Source: Bdellovibrionales bacterium (GTDB lineage Bacteria; Bdellovibrionota; Bdellovibrionia; Bdellovibrionales; JAGQZY01). From it: a stretch of DNA of 64,000 bases. A program made the translations under genes and the position numbers. Location of the stretch: contig CAXRHT010000002.1 of NCBI GenBank assembly GCA_964230645.1, forward strand, positions 1-64,000. Direction: 5' to 3'. Position 1 is the stretch's first letter, and each line of letters opens with the position of its first letter. Below the pieces are notes generated by a model. The model did not search any database. It was not told the origin of the DNA and saw only the letters and a list, made by a program, of their open reading frames with translations. This document shows, piece after piece, positions 28,210 through 38,220 of the stretch.

Positions 28210-29007
28210 ATGAAAAAAAGCACAATTAAAATTAATAAGATGGACTGTCCGTCTGAGGAACAGATGATACGAATGAAGCTTGAAGCTCTCGATCAGGTGA
28301 AGCATCTAGAGTTTGATTTACCTGGCAGAAAATTGGATGTTTTTCATTCTGACAACGTGGAGCCGATTCTTTTAGCACTTAGTGAATTAAAATTGAAAGA
28401 AAAGCTTGAGGAAACACGCGAGTCTGAAACTCTTCCTGAAGGAGATAATTCCGATCAAAGCAAAATACTTTGGTGGGTTCTAGGTATTAATTTTAGCTTC
28501 TTTGTGGGTGAGTTGACGACAGGCTGGATCTCGGGGTCGATGGGATTAATAGCGGATTCCTTAGACATGCTAGCCGATTCTATTGTTTATGGCTTAAGTC
28601 TTTTGGCCGTAGGAGCCTCAACTTTAAGAAAAAATAAAGTCGCAAAAATTAGTGGTTACTTTCAGATGGGGCTCGCTCTTTTAGGTTTTTCTGAAGTTTT
28701 ACGTCGATTTTTTGCGGATAGTGAAACTCCTCTTTTTCAATGGATGATCATCGTTTCTATATTGGCATTAATTGGAAATTTGGTTTCACTGTGGCTCATT
28801 AATAAGTCCAAAAGCCAGGAAGCTCACATGCAGGCAAGTGCAATTTTTACTTCTAACGATATCATCGTTAATGGTGGTGTTATCTCGGCGGGTGTCCTGG
28901 TTTGGTGGCTCGATAATAAGTGGCCTGACCTTATCATTGGTGCGGTGGTTTTTTCTTTTGTTATACGTGGAGCATTTCGGATACTGAAGATAGCAAAGAA
29001 TTCCTAA
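28210..29007 (+). CDS. CDF cation transporter with N-terminal HMA-like domain
   Basis: MDCPSEE; SMGLIADSLDMLAD; IFTSND; WPDL. Confidence 0.85.
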   Translation: MKKSTIKINKMDCPSEEQMIRMKLEALDQVKHLEFDLPGRKLDVFHSDNVEPILLALSELKLKEKLEETRESETLPEGDNSDQSKILWWVLGINFSFFVGELTTGWISGSMGLIADSLDMLADSIVYGLSLLAVGASTLRKNKVAKISGYFQMGLALLGFSEVLRRFFADSETPLFQWMIIVSILALIGNLVSLWLINKSKSQEAHMQASAIFTSNDIIVNGGVISAGVLVWWLDNKWPDLIIGAVVFSFVIRGAFRILKIAKNS

Positions 29008-29035
29008 AGAACTGATGCTCATATTTTGGCACTGT

Positions 29036-29206
29036 CTACTTGTTTCGAGGAACCCATGGCTTTCCCCATGTTGTCGCTTTGGAATCTTGTATCAGTTGAA
29101 ATTGGGCTTTTCTAACAAGATTAATATAGGTGGGTAAATTTGTGGCTGCGTGGAACATTCCTGCGCCGAAGAGTAAATATATAAGTATCTTTTTGGATAA
29201 AATCAT
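29036..29206 (-). CDS. Small hypothetical protein (56 aa, one hydrophobic segment)
   Basis: Strong SD AAGGAGG before ATG 29206. Confidence 0.55.
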   Translation of the reverse strand: MILSKKILIYLLFGAGMFHAATNLPTYINLVRKAQFQLIQDSKATTWGKPWVPRNK

Positions 29207-29330
29207 AGGAATTCCTCCTTGTTTAAAAAATGGTATTTGGGGTTTTAGGAATAAGGTATATGCAGGGAAGCAAAACCCTTGAACGCCTTTACAGTAGTGA
29301 AAAAATGCGTTTTGGGTGGGATTGAGTGGA

Positions 29331-29361
29331 TGTAGCAAACTTGTAGCAAAAATGTAGCAAA
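29331..29361. repeat. Three phased direct repeats TGTAGCAAA (probable integrase arm-type sites)
   Basis: Copies at 29331, 29342, 29353 (11-bp period), ~125 bp from the tRNA 3' end. Confidence 0.7.
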
Positions 29362-29484
29362 ACATCGAAATATCGTGAAATGTCACGAAAGATTAAGTGA
29401 AGAGATGCGAAGCTCTTTCCAGTGTTTTTAAGTAGTTAAGCTAACTTGATTTTTTCTGTCTTACCAAACTCTAGAATCGAGAAT

Positions 29485-29561
<77 letters not shown>

Positions 29562-29603
29562 ACAGGTGAAATTTGAACTTGATCGTTCAAAGACTGAAGA
29601 GTG

Positions 29604-29632
29604 AAAGTAAGGTCTTGGGCTCTTGATGTCAA
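29604..29632 (-). promoter_or_regulatory. Sigma-70 promoter of the tRNA gene
   Basis: Minus strand TTGACA-17 nt-TACTTT. Confidence 0.65.
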
Positions 29633-29832
29633 TGGGGGTTTTTAATTATAAACGCTACGGCATGCCTGCTGCTTGGGCATTTTTTTTATAGCCAATTCTT
29701 TCGAAAGAAAGATCTGTTAGCTTTGAGCCTCATGGCGAAGACTTGATAAAATGTTCATGAAACTCGTTTTTTTGAATTTGTTTTCGCTCCTAGGGTGGAC
29801 ATCTTTTGGCGAAGTGACTAATGTAACCACCT

Positions 29833-31047
29833 ATGATTGTTGTGAAAAAATTTGGTGGAACCTCTGTTGGATCAATCGAACGTATCGAAGCGGTGGCTGA
29901 CCGAATCAAAGAAGATATTGAAACTAAAGGCGAGCAGCCCATCGTTGTGGCCTCGGCCATGTCAGGGGAGACCAATCGGTTGGTCTCTTTAGCTCATCAA
30001 GTGGCTCCTAGTGATCGCTCACCGGCCTACGATATGCTCCTTGCTTCTGGTGAGCAGGTCTCAATCTCACTTTTATCGATGGCTCTTCATAAGCGAGGCA
30101 TTAAAGCAAGGCCCCTTTTGGCTTTTCAGCTTGGAATTATGACCGATGCCCTTCCAAGTAAAGCCACGATCCAGAGTATTCGCACCGAAACCTTAGAAAA
30201 GCTAGTGGGTGAGGGTGTTGTTCCTGTGGTTGCTGGATTTCAGGGGATTGATGCTCAGGAAAATATTACCACCTTGGGGCGGGGTGGTTCAGATACCACA
30301 GCCGTGGCCTTAGCAGCCGCTCTTAAAAACGAAGTCTGTGAGATTTATACTGATGTCCCTGCGATTTTTACCGCTGACCCAAGGCTTGTGCCCACGGCTC
30401 AGCCTCTAAAGTCCGTTGTTTTTGATGAAATGATGGAAATGGCTTCTCTAGGATCAAAAGTTCTTCATGCTCGTTCCGTGGAGCTAGCCTCAAAATTTAA
30501 TGTGAAAATTCATTTGCGCTCAACCTTTGAGAAAAAAGAAGGAACTTGGGTTGTGTCCATAGGAGAAAAAATGGAAAAACCAGTCGTAACTTCAGTGACC
30601 CATGACCCCAACACAGCGGTCTTTAAACTTTTTCCAACACCGGATCGCTCTGATTTCCTCGGAAACCTTTTTGCCGATCTTGCTAAAAAAGGAATCGTTG
30701 TCGACATTATCACTCAAAGTCAGAACGACCAGGGGCAAAGGGTGGCTTTTTCCGTGCACTCCGATGACGTGGACCAGGCCCAAGAAATCATTGCCTCTTC
30801 TGTTGATGAGAAAACAAAAATTGATCTGATCAACGACATGGCCAAGGTGTCCGTGGTGGGTGTGGGAATGCAGAACCAGTTTGGTGTGGCGGCTCGCTTT
30901 TTTCAAGCCTTAGCTAGAGAAGAGGTCGATATTCATCTTGTGACAACATCTGATATTAAAATTTCAGCGGTGATCCCTAAGGTCAACCTTGAGAAGGCCG
31001 CTAATATCCTTCACGGAGAGTTTAAGCTAGAAGGTCTTGAACAATGA
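29833..31047 (+). CDS. lysC: Aspartate kinase
   Basis: KFGGTSV, VASAMSG, TTLGRGGSDTTA, YTDV...DPR, two ACT domains. Confidence 0.96.
   Translation: MIVVKKFGGTSVGSIERIEAVADRIKEDIETKGEQPIVVASAMSGETNRLVSLAHQVAPSDRSPAYDMLLASGEQVSISLLSMALHKRGIKARPLLAFQLGIMTDALPSKATIQSIRTETLEKLVGEGVVPVVAGFQGIDAQENITTLGRGGSDTTAVALAAALKNEVCEIYTDVPAIFTADPRLVPTAQPLKSVVFDEMMEMASLGSKVLHARSVELASKFNVKIHLRSTFEKKEGTWVVSIGEKMEKPVVTSVTHDPNTAVFKLFPTPDRSDFLGNLFADLAKKGIVVDIITQSQNDQGQRVAFSVHSDDVDQAQEIIASSVDEKTKIDLINDMAKVSVVGVGMQNQFGVAARFFQALAREEVDIHLVTTSDIKISAVIPKVNLEKAANILHGEFKLEGLEQ
30571..31047 (+). CDS. Probable nested aspartokinase beta subunit (internal in-frame start, Met247)
   Basis: AGGAGaaaaaATG at the kinase/ACT boundary. 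Confidence 0.65.
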   Translation: MEKPVVTSVTHDPNTAVFKLFPTPDRSDFLGNLFADLAKKGIVVDIITQSQNDQGQRVAFSVHSDDVDQAQEIIASSVDEKTKIDLINDMAKVSVVGVGMQNQFGVAARFFQALAREEVDIHLVTTSDIKISAVIPKVNLEKAANILHGEFKLEGLEQ

Positions 31048-32243
31048 GTCTTGAATACAAAGAGGGAAGGCTTTTTCTAGGAGAAAAAGGGGATCTTTCA
31101 AAAATTATGAAAGATAACCAGGGGCAGGCTTGTTACGTCTACGACCTTTCCAATGTCACCACTCGTTTTGAAAAACTAAAAGCTTCACTTTCGGGCGTCA
31201 AAAACCTTGGAGTTCATTACGCTTTAAAAGCCAATGCTCATCCAGAGCTTCTAAAGCATATGAAGTCTCTTGGAGCAAAAGTTGATACGGTTTCAGCTGG
31301 TGAGATCAAGCAGGCCATGGACAATGGCTTTAAAGGCGAGGACGTTATTTTCTCAGGAGTTGCAAAATCCGTTGAGGAGATCAAAACAGCTCTTGAACTC
31401 GATATTAAACAAATCAATGTGGAGTCTCCCCAGGAGTTGCGCCGAATTGGCGAGATTGCAAAATCCTACAATAAAAAAATGGCCGTGGCTTTCAGGATGA
31501 ACCCTGAGGTCAATCCGGTGACTCACCCTTATATTACCACCGGTATGACGGAAAATAAGTTTGGGATGGATCGTAGCTTTATTCCGGAACTCTCAAGGAT
31601 TCTTAAAGAGTTTCCAGAGAATCTCCATTTGCGTGGCCTAACTATGCACATTGGCTCCCAGCTTATTGATCTCTCAGCGATGAGAGAGGCTCTTCAAAAA
31701 CTTCTATCGATCTACCGTGAATTTGAGGTTCTTGGATTTAAGATGGAGTCTCTTGATATCGGGGGAGGTGTGGGGATTCACTACGATCAAATGGATGAGG
31801 CCCCTGACTTTAAATTAATGGACGAGTATGGGGCCATGGTCTCTGAAGAGCTAAAAAGTTTTGATGGAGAGGTTCTCATCGAGCCTGGCCGAGTTCTTGT
31901 TGGGCGCTGTGGGGTTCTTCTTTGTCAGGTGGAGTATATCAAACCCACAAGCTATAAGACCTTTGTTATTTTAAACACAGGCATGCATCACCTGATGAGG
32001 CCTGCACTTTATCAGGCCAATCACCGTATTGTTCCCTTAGAGCTTGATAAGAGCCGAGAGAAGAAAGTTTACGATCTTGTCGGACCCATTTGTGAGTCAA
32101 CCGACTTCCTTGGGAAAAACCGTAATATGCAAGAGCTTTATCAGGGGGATTACCTCGCGATCTGTGACACTGGCGCTTACGGTTTTTGCATGTCCAACAA
32201 TTATAATTTTCACGAAAAACCCAAAGAAATCATTCTCAATTAG
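31044..32243 (+). CDS. lysA: Diaminopimelate decarboxylase
   Basis: YALKAN, HPYITTG...KFG, HIGSQ, EPGR, GPICESTD. Confidence 0.96.
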   Translation: MSLEYKEGRLFLGEKGDLSKIMKDNQGQACYVYDLSNVTTRFEKLKASLSGVKNLGVHYALKANAHPELLKHMKSLGAKVDTVSAGEIKQAMDNGFKGEDVIFSGVAKSVEEIKTALELDIKQINVESPQELRRIGEIAKSYNKKMAVAFRMNPEVNPVTHPYITTGMTENKFGMDRSFIPELSRILKEFPENLHLRGLTMHIGSQLIDLSAMREALQKLLSIYREFEVLGFKMESLDIGGGVGIHYDQMDEAPDFKLMDEYGAMVSEELKSFDGEVLIEPGRVLVGRCGVLLCQVEYIKPTSYKTFVILNTGMHHLMRPALYQANHRIVPLELDKSREKKVYDLVGPICESTDFLGKNRNMQELYQGDYLAICDTGAYGFCMSNNYNFHEKPKEIILN

Positions 32244-32309
32244 CACAGAGAGGAATTAGACAATCAGAGGTGGCCTCACTGGCCCCAAAGTGCTATCAGG
32301 AAGCTAGAT

Positions 32310-33512
32310 ATGCGCGGTTTTGCTCTAATTTTTAGCCTTTTTATTATATTCTCCCAAGTGGCCCCAGCTCAGGGCGGAAAATTACTAGACGTCGTGGGAA
32401 TGTCTCCGAGTGAGGAGAACTCTGAAAGCTCAGACTCCCAAAAAAAGAAAAAGGACAACGCTTCCTCAGAGGAAATCAAAAAAAAGGACCCAAAGACGGC
32501 AAAAGGATGGGCTGAGCGCATCTGGATGCACAAAGTTTTCAAGACCGGCGATGACTGGGTTCGTCTCAACCAACTGGCTGTTGGTCTTCTGGTACTCATA
32601 CTTGGGCTTATCTTTGCAAGCTTTACCAGTCGCACGGCCGGACGGTTTTTACAGGAACAGAAAAAAGTCCCACCCAGTGTGGCCATGGTTTTTAGAAAAT
32701 CCGTGTTTTACTTCCTAGGGCTGATCGTCTTTATTTTTTCTGTTCAAATCGCCAATCTCCCTCTGGGGTTTTTAACTCTAATTGGAGCTGCTCTAGCGAT
32801 AGGCGTTTCCCTAGGGGCTAAGAATACCATCTACGATTATTTAAGTGGGCTTGTGATTGCTCTCGAAAAACCCATTCGGGTGAACGACTGTATTGAAGTG
32901 GATAACTACAAAGGCTTTGTGCAGGAGATCTCTGGTCGCTACACCGTGATGAGACGCTTTGATGGAATTCAGGTTCTTGTACCCAATAGTGTCTTTCTAG
33001 AAAACAGTGTCGTTAACTGGACACTCAAAGATAAGGAAATCCGAGGCGATGTGATGGTGGGTGTGACCTACGATTCTCCTGTGGAAGAGGTTTCCAAAAT
33101 TTTTCTTGAATGTATTAAAGATCACGAAGAGTCCTTAGAAACGCCGGAGTCAGGAGTTCGCTTTTGGGATTTCGGGGACAGCAGCCTTGTATTCTGGGGC
33201 TATTTTTGGGCTAAGGTTGAAAACCCCATGGACGTCTGGAGAATTGCCAGCGATATTCGTTTTGCAGTGATCAAAAGATTTAGAGAAAATGGAATCACCA
33301 TCGCTTATCCTCAGCGTGATGTTCACTTAGACACCAAAGATTTCCTCAAAGTTTCTGTGAGCCAGTCGGAAACAAAGCAAAGCCGACCCAGCGAGGACGA
33401 GTCAAAAAAACAAGACTCAGACAAAAACAATGAGGGGGCTCCCAGTCAGTCCCAAGAGAAAAAAGCGGACAAGGAGTCCTCTGAGAATTTAAAAGCCGAT
33501 GGTGAGGATTAG
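32310..33512 (+). CDS. MscS-family mechanosensitive channel
   Basis: SGLVIALEKPIRVND, VPNS...VVNWT, DFGDSSL, IAYPQRDVH. Confidence 0.9.
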   Translation: MRGFALIFSLFIIFSQVAPAQGGKLLDVVGMSPSEENSESSDSQKKKKDNASSEEIKKKDPKTAKGWAERIWMHKVFKTGDDWVRLNQLAVGLLVLILGLIFASFTSRTAGRFLQEQKKVPPSVAMVFRKSVFYFLGLIVFIFSVQIANLPLGFLTLIGAALAIGVSLGAKNTIYDYLSGLVIALEKPIRVNDCIEVDNYKGFVQEISGRYTVMRRFDGIQVLVPNSVFLENSVVNWTLKDKEIRGDVMVGVTYDSPVEEVSKIFLECIKDHEESLETPESGVRFWDFGDSSLVFWGYFWAKVENPMDVWRIASDIRFAVIKRFRENGITIAYPQRDVHLDTKDFLKVSVSQSETKQSRPSEDESKKQDSDKNNEGAPSQSQEKKADKESSENLKADGED

Positions 33513-33632
33513 AGGCTCATTCTTAAATGACATGAAACTTAAATGTCAGACGGGCTGTGCTTTTTCGAGGATTTAGGTCTAGTTAATTTTTTGTGATTCG
33601 ACAATTATGGGAGGAAGTCTTATCAACGTTCT

Positions 33633-33773
33633 ATGAGATTTTCTTTCCTTATTTTAGCCCTTCTACTTTTTTCATTTATCTTTAACCGCGCTTCAGCGGC
33701 TCCTTTATCCACTGACTTGAACACCCATAGCTGTCCTTACTCTCAGTGTGTGATGATTCTTGATAGGAAATAG
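33633..33773 (+). CDS. Small secreted peptide below the ORF-track cutoff (46 aa)
   Basis: Manual translation MRFSFLILALLLFSFIFNRASA/APLSTDLNTHSCPYSQCVMILDRK*. Confidence 0.5.
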   Translation: MRFSFLILALLLFSFIFNRASAAPLSTDLNTHSCPYSQCVMILDRK

Positions 33774-33895
33774 TGCTATCAATTGTTAGAAAAAGGTCAG
33801 AACTATTGGTTTTATTGGCTTTTGAAAAGTCTACAGTTTTATATTCTAAAAAATTGGTTTACTGATCTCACCAACCCTTTCGGTGGAGTGATGTC

Positions 33896-34177
33896 ATGAA
33901 AATTATTTTAGCCTTTTTTGTAGTGTTTAGCGTTTCCGTTTCCTTTGCTGAGACGACCGAGCCCTGTATATCTTTAGAGACAGCTCAAGAAATCTTGACG
34001 GTCAACCTTTTGGCTCAGGGAAACTATGTGGATCAACAAGGAGTCCTGGATGATTTTTTGGTGCAACAACTAGAATATTTGGACGGTGCTTATCAAGCTG
34101 TGGATGAGCTAGAGTTTCGTGAGAACATCGTTGTCACCGTGACTTGTCTTGGAGAGTACAGCCTCCAGGGTCTCTAA
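33896..34177 (+). CDS. Small acidic secreted hypothetical protein
   Basis: SD GGAG, signal peptide ending SFA, two Cys. Confidence 0.7.
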   Translation: MKIILAFFVVFSVSVSFAETTEPCISLETAQEILTVNLLAQGNYVDQQGVLDDFLVQQLEYLDGAYQAVDELEFRENIVVTVTCLGEYSLQGL

Positions 34178-34323
34178 AAAGGCCCTAATCGCTTTCCTCA
34201 CAGGTTCTGTCATAAGAAATTCCCAGTATTATTGCAGCTGGCGCAATGGCCAGTGACAGACTTCATCCCAGTCGCTAGGGTCAGGGCGCCTTTGAGGCGT
34301 TCAACAGCAAATGTGGGGGAGCG

Positions 34324-36084
34324 ATGAAGTACTTATCCATCTTATTTCTTTTTCTAGCAGCATGTAGCAATTCTCAAACAAGCTCTTGTGGGGCTGATAA
34401 ACTTTTCTCGGATTACGAAAATTGGCGTCTTGAAACCTTTCCCTCTTATGCCTCTAGTCGAAATCATGGCAAAAGGCATGATTCCTTTTTTCAAAACACA
34501 GAAGAAAATATTTCCAAGGTTCATGAAGAAAAAAAGGATTTCTTAACTAGAGCTGAAAAACTTATGAAAAGTAAATCCTGTGAAAGCCAGGATACTAATC
34601 TGTCTTTGTTTCATTATGATCTAAAAGAAAGTATTGAGGGCTATAAATACAACACTCGCTTTATTGAGTTCTCCTCTCTTGGCGGTCCCCATACCAGCCT
34701 TCCACAAATGTATAAGAGGGTGCCTTTAGAGACTAAGCAAAATTATCAGGACTATCTGACACGACTGTCAAAAATTCCCGAGGTGTTTGAGCAAAGTAAA
34801 ACGCTCTCAAGAAAAGGTATGAAATTAAAAATGGTTCCCCCGAAAGTCACCTTCAAGGGGTATGAGTCTAGCTTCCTTGATCTGGCAAAAGGGGAGGCTG
34901 AAGAGTCGTCTTTTTATAAACCCTTTAAAGATTTACCCGAGGGATTTTCAGAGAAAACTAAAGAGGATCTTCGTAAAAAGGCCAAAAAAATAATTTCTGA
35001 AAAGGTGCAGCCGGCCTACAAAGACCTTCACCAATTTTGGACAAAAGAATACTACCCCAATTTGCGGGAAGGGATTGCGGCCTCGGATTTGCCTCAGGGT
35101 GAGGAGTATTACAACTTCCAAGTGAGGAAAATGACCACTCTCGATGTCAGTGCCAAAGAGGTTCACGAAATCGGACTTCGAGAAGTAAAGCGCATTCGCT
35201 CGGAGATGGAAAAGATAGCTGCCAAAAAAGGTTTTGCTAACGATTTATCAGGGTTCTTTGAGCACTTACGTACAAGTCCTCAGTACTATGCAAAGACCGA
35301 AAAAGATCTTCTTGAAAAGACAGCCCTTATTCTTAAAACAATTGATGGAAAATTACCGAAGCTTTTTAAAGAGCTTCCCAGTCTTCCCTATGGAATTGAA
35401 CCCATTCCCAGTTTTATTGCTGAGAAGTCGCCTGCGGCCTACTATAACAGTGGACGTTTTGAGATTGGTAAGTCAGGGACTTTCCAGATCAATTTGTCTG
35501 ATCTAAACAGTCGCCCTCTTTATAACCTTGTGGCTCTGTCTTTACACGAAGCCGTTCCGGGTCACCATCTACAAATCGCTCTAGCGCAAGAGCTTAAAGG
35601 TCTTCCCGAGTTTCGTAAAAACTCGGGCCCAACAGCTTTTGTCGAAGGTTGGGCTCTTTATGCTGAGTCTCTGGGTGAAAAAGTAGGAATGTACGAAGAT
35701 CCTCTCGATGATTTCGGCCGTCTGACCTATGAACAATGGCGCGCCATGAGATTGGTGGTCGACACGGGGATTCACGCCTTAGGTTGGTCTCGGGAGAAAG
35801 CTATTAATTTTATGAAAGAAAATTCGGGGCTCTCAGAAAAGAACATTGTTGCGGAAGTGGACCGTTACATCAATTGGCCAGGACAAGCTCTCGCTTATAA
35901 AATGGGGCAGTTAAAGATTCTTGAACTTCGAGACTTCTCGGAAAAGGAACTGGGAGAAAAGTTTGATATCCGTGATTTCCATCAGGTGGTTTTAGGCTCA
36001 GGAGCCATTCCTCTCCCCATGCTTGAGGAAAACGTCAAAGAGTATGTTAAGAAGATGAGAGTTCCTCAAAAAAGACAAGGCTAA
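34324..36084 (+). CDS. DUF885 family lipoprotein (putative metallopeptidase)
   Basis: Lipobox LAAC; HEAVPGHHLQ, EGWALYAE, RLVVDTGIH, PGQALAYK. Confidence 0.9.
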   Translation: MKYLSILFLFLAACSNSQTSSCGADKLFSDYENWRLETFPSYASSRNHGKRHDSFFQNTEENISKVHEEKKDFLTRAEKLMKSKSCESQDTNLSLFHYDLKESIEGYKYNTRFIEFSSLGGPHTSLPQMYKRVPLETKQNYQDYLTRLSKIPEVFEQSKTLSRKGMKLKMVPPKVTFKGYESSFLDLAKGEAEESSFYKPFKDLPEGFSEKTKEDLRKKAKKIISEKVQPAYKDLHQFWTKEYYPNLREGIAASDLPQGEEYYNFQVRKMTTLDVSAKEVHEIGLREVKRIRSEMEKIAAKKGFANDLSGFFEHLRTSPQYYAKTEKDLLEKTALILKTIDGKLPKLFKELPSLPYGIEPIPSFIAEKSPAAYYNSGRFEIGKSGTFQINLSDLNSRPLYNLVALSLHEAVPGHHLQIALAQELKGLPEFRKNSGPTAFVEGWALYAESLGEKVGMYEDPLDDFGRLTYEQWRAMRLVVDTGIHALGWSREKAINFMKENSGLSEKNIVAEVDRYINWPGQALAYKMGQLKILELRDFSEKELGEKFDIRDFHQVVLGSGAIPLPMLEENVKEYVKKMRVPQKRQG

Positions 36085-36259
36085 AATTCCTTAATTAAAG
36101 CCTTTCTTTGTAACATAAAAATTTTTCTTTTTTTGAAACAGGTGTTTCTTACTTTGCTAGAACACCTGCTCCATTATTAGGTTGCAGTACAGATAGTCTC
36201 TTTTGTTTTTTGGAAGTTCGTTCTTTTCAATTGCCCCGTGTTAAGGATAGAATCGACCG

Positions 36260-38095
36260 ATGGCCCAAAGAGCTGAAAAATTAAAAAAGCATTTTATCAG
36301 CTTCGTTCAAACCGGAGCCTCAGGTAGTCCCAACGACCCACTCAATCGCATCATTATATTTTGTAACTTTAGTGCGCTTATAGCTATCGTTGGCTCGATG
36401 ACAGTGGCTTGGCAACTCTCTACTTGGGGTATTGAGCCCTCTTACATGATCACACAATTCTTCACCGCTTTCTTAGGTGGATTGTTGATCCTTTTTAATG
36501 TGCTTGGACACCATTTGATCGCTCGAATATTTACAGCTCTCGTGATCAACCTTGCTGCCTGGAATGCCATGTTTTTCTTTGGTAAAAGCTTTAATGGTTA
36601 CCTCTTATTTTTTGCGGCTATTGCCTTTAGTATTTTAGCCTTTGGTTCTCAGGAAAAACAGATCCGACGATTTTTTATCTTTGTTTCCATTCTTGGTATG
36701 CCTTTATCTGATTGGTTGTACGCTGAAGCCATTTTGCCGGTGACTTCTTTTCATTCCTCTCAGGCGCCTTTTTCGCTTTTAATCACAGACACCATGATTG
36801 TAACGATTGTGCTGGTCTCGTTACTCTTTATTGAGAAGTCCAATTCTGAAAAATATGAAGGGGAGCTTAAAGCTTTAAATGCTCAACTTGAGGACAAGGT
36901 TAAACAAAGAACTGAGATGCTCAAAAAAGCCAATCATCGTGCGATTAAAGCCAACAAGGCTAAATCTCAGTTTATCGCAAACACCTCTCATGAGTTGCGA
37001 ACACCGCTGACAGCCATCCTTGGCTTTGTGGATCTTCTCCAAAAAGGAGGCTATTCCAAAGAGCAGCACAAGGAGTACTTGGGTATTATTGAGCGAAGCT
37101 CTAAACAATTGATCGACATTGTGAACGATGTTCTCGATCTTTCAAAGATGGAAGCCAACAAACTTGAGATCAATCGAGAGTTAGTGAACTCTCGTGAGTT
37201 TTTTCAAGACATTGAAATGCTCATGGCTTTAAGAGCTAAGGAAAAGAATTTAGATTTTGAAATAAAATTAAGCAAAGAAGTCCCAAGTCATATTTTTGTA
37301 GACCCGTTGAGATTAAAACAAATCTTAGTGAATCTGGTTGGAAATGCCATTAAGTTCACGGAATTCGGAGAGGTGAGTGTTCAGATCTCTTTTAGTAGCA
37401 CTCATCAAAAACTTTTAGCTAAAATTCGCGATACAGGTCCTGGTATTAACCCACAAGTCAGAGAAAAACTTTTCCGCCCTTTCTCTCAAGGGGATGATTC
37501 TTTGAGACGTCTTCATGGAGGCACCGGTTTAGGTCTTGCTCTTTCATTCAATCTTGCAAAGAAGATGGGAGGGTCTCTTGAATTAAAAGAGTCTTCTATT
37601 GGTAAGGGGAGTGTTTTCGAACTTGAAATCGATATTGAGCATTCTTATATCACCTCTCAAACTCCGCTACAAAAAAACGAAAACCCTGTAAAAGCCAAAC
37701 CTATCATAGAGGGGATGCTCAAAGGTAAAGATATCCTTGTAGTGGATGATTCCCCTGATAATCGGCTTCTTATCTCGCAATACATGAAAGCCTCGGGTGG
37801 ACATGTTGATATGAAGGCTAACGGACACGAGGCTCTTGAGACCCTCAAAAAAGATCCAGGACGTTATGATGCTGTCATAATGGATTTACAAATGCCTATT
37901 ATGGACGGCTACGAAGCCACAAAAATACTTAGGAGCTGGGGTTATTCCCAGCCGATCGTGGCTTTCTCCGCTCACGCTATGACCGAAGAAAAAGAAAAAG
38001 CTCTTCGCTCGGGATTTAGTTCTTACCTTTCAAAGCCTGTGACTCAGTCGGAGTTAATCAGCCGTATCAATGATGTGATCGATCAGAGACCCTAA
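36260..38095 (+). CDS. Membrane hybrid sensor histidine kinase/receiver
   Basis: SHELRTPL, NLVGNAIKFT, DTGPGI, GGTGLGL, VVDD...MDLQMP...KP. Confidence 0.93.
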   Translation: MAQRAEKLKKHFISFVQTGASGSPNDPLNRIIIFCNFSALIAIVGSMTVAWQLSTWGIEPSYMITQFFTAFLGGLLILFNVLGHHLIARIFTALVINLAAWNAMFFFGKSFNGYLLFFAAIAFSILAFGSQEKQIRRFFIFVSILGMPLSDWLYAEAILPVTSFHSSQAPFSLLITDTMIVTIVLVSLLFIEKSNSEKYEGELKALNAQLEDKVKQRTEMLKKANHRAIKANKAKSQFIANTSHELRTPLTAILGFVDLLQKGGYSKEQHKEYLGIIERSSKQLIDIVNDVLDLSKMEANKLEINRELVNSREFFQDIEMLMALRAKEKNLDFEIKLSKEVPSHIFVDPLRLKQILVNLVGNAIKFTEFGEVSVQISFSSTHQKLLAKIRDTGPGINPQVREKLFRPFSQGDDSLRRLHGGTGLGLALSFNLAKKMGGSLELKESSIGKGSVFELEIDIEHSYITSQTPLQKNENPVKAKPIIEGMLKGKDILVVDDSPDNRLLISQYMKASGGHVDMKANGHEALETLKKDPGRYDAVIMDLQMPIMDGYEATKILRSWGYSQPIVAFSAHAMTEEKEKALRSGFSSYLSKPVTQSELISRINDVIDQRP

Positions 38096-38220
38096 TTAGA
38101 AGTCTATTGTTTTTGAGACATATCACTTTTAGCTATATCTCTATATTATTTAAGAATTTGTTTTCGCTACTTGATTCCTTTAAATCTCTTAGGAGTTTAA
38201 AGAAAAACCGGGAGATAATT

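Larger units (their letters stand above)
1..29484. mobile_element. Genomic island (heavy-metal resistance and other cargo) abutting the tRNA-fMet 3' end; other end outside the window
   Basis: Accessory gene content, visibly lower GC, tRNA boundary, arm-like repeats; no integrase seen in the window. Confidence 0.7.

Noticed and set aside
1..29484. Integrase, transposase, phage or defence genes in the island
   Set aside because: No ORF in the window shows such motifs
29640..29832. Lysine riboswitch upstream of lysC
   Set aside because: No recognisable L-box motifs; only a short ATGCC/GGCAT hairpin with a T-run, and a promoter-like sequence lies immediately before the ATG
34200..34323. GC-rich short hairpins before the DUF885 gene as a riboswitch or sRNA
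   Set aside because: No match to a family I can recognise; needs an Rfam/Infernal search
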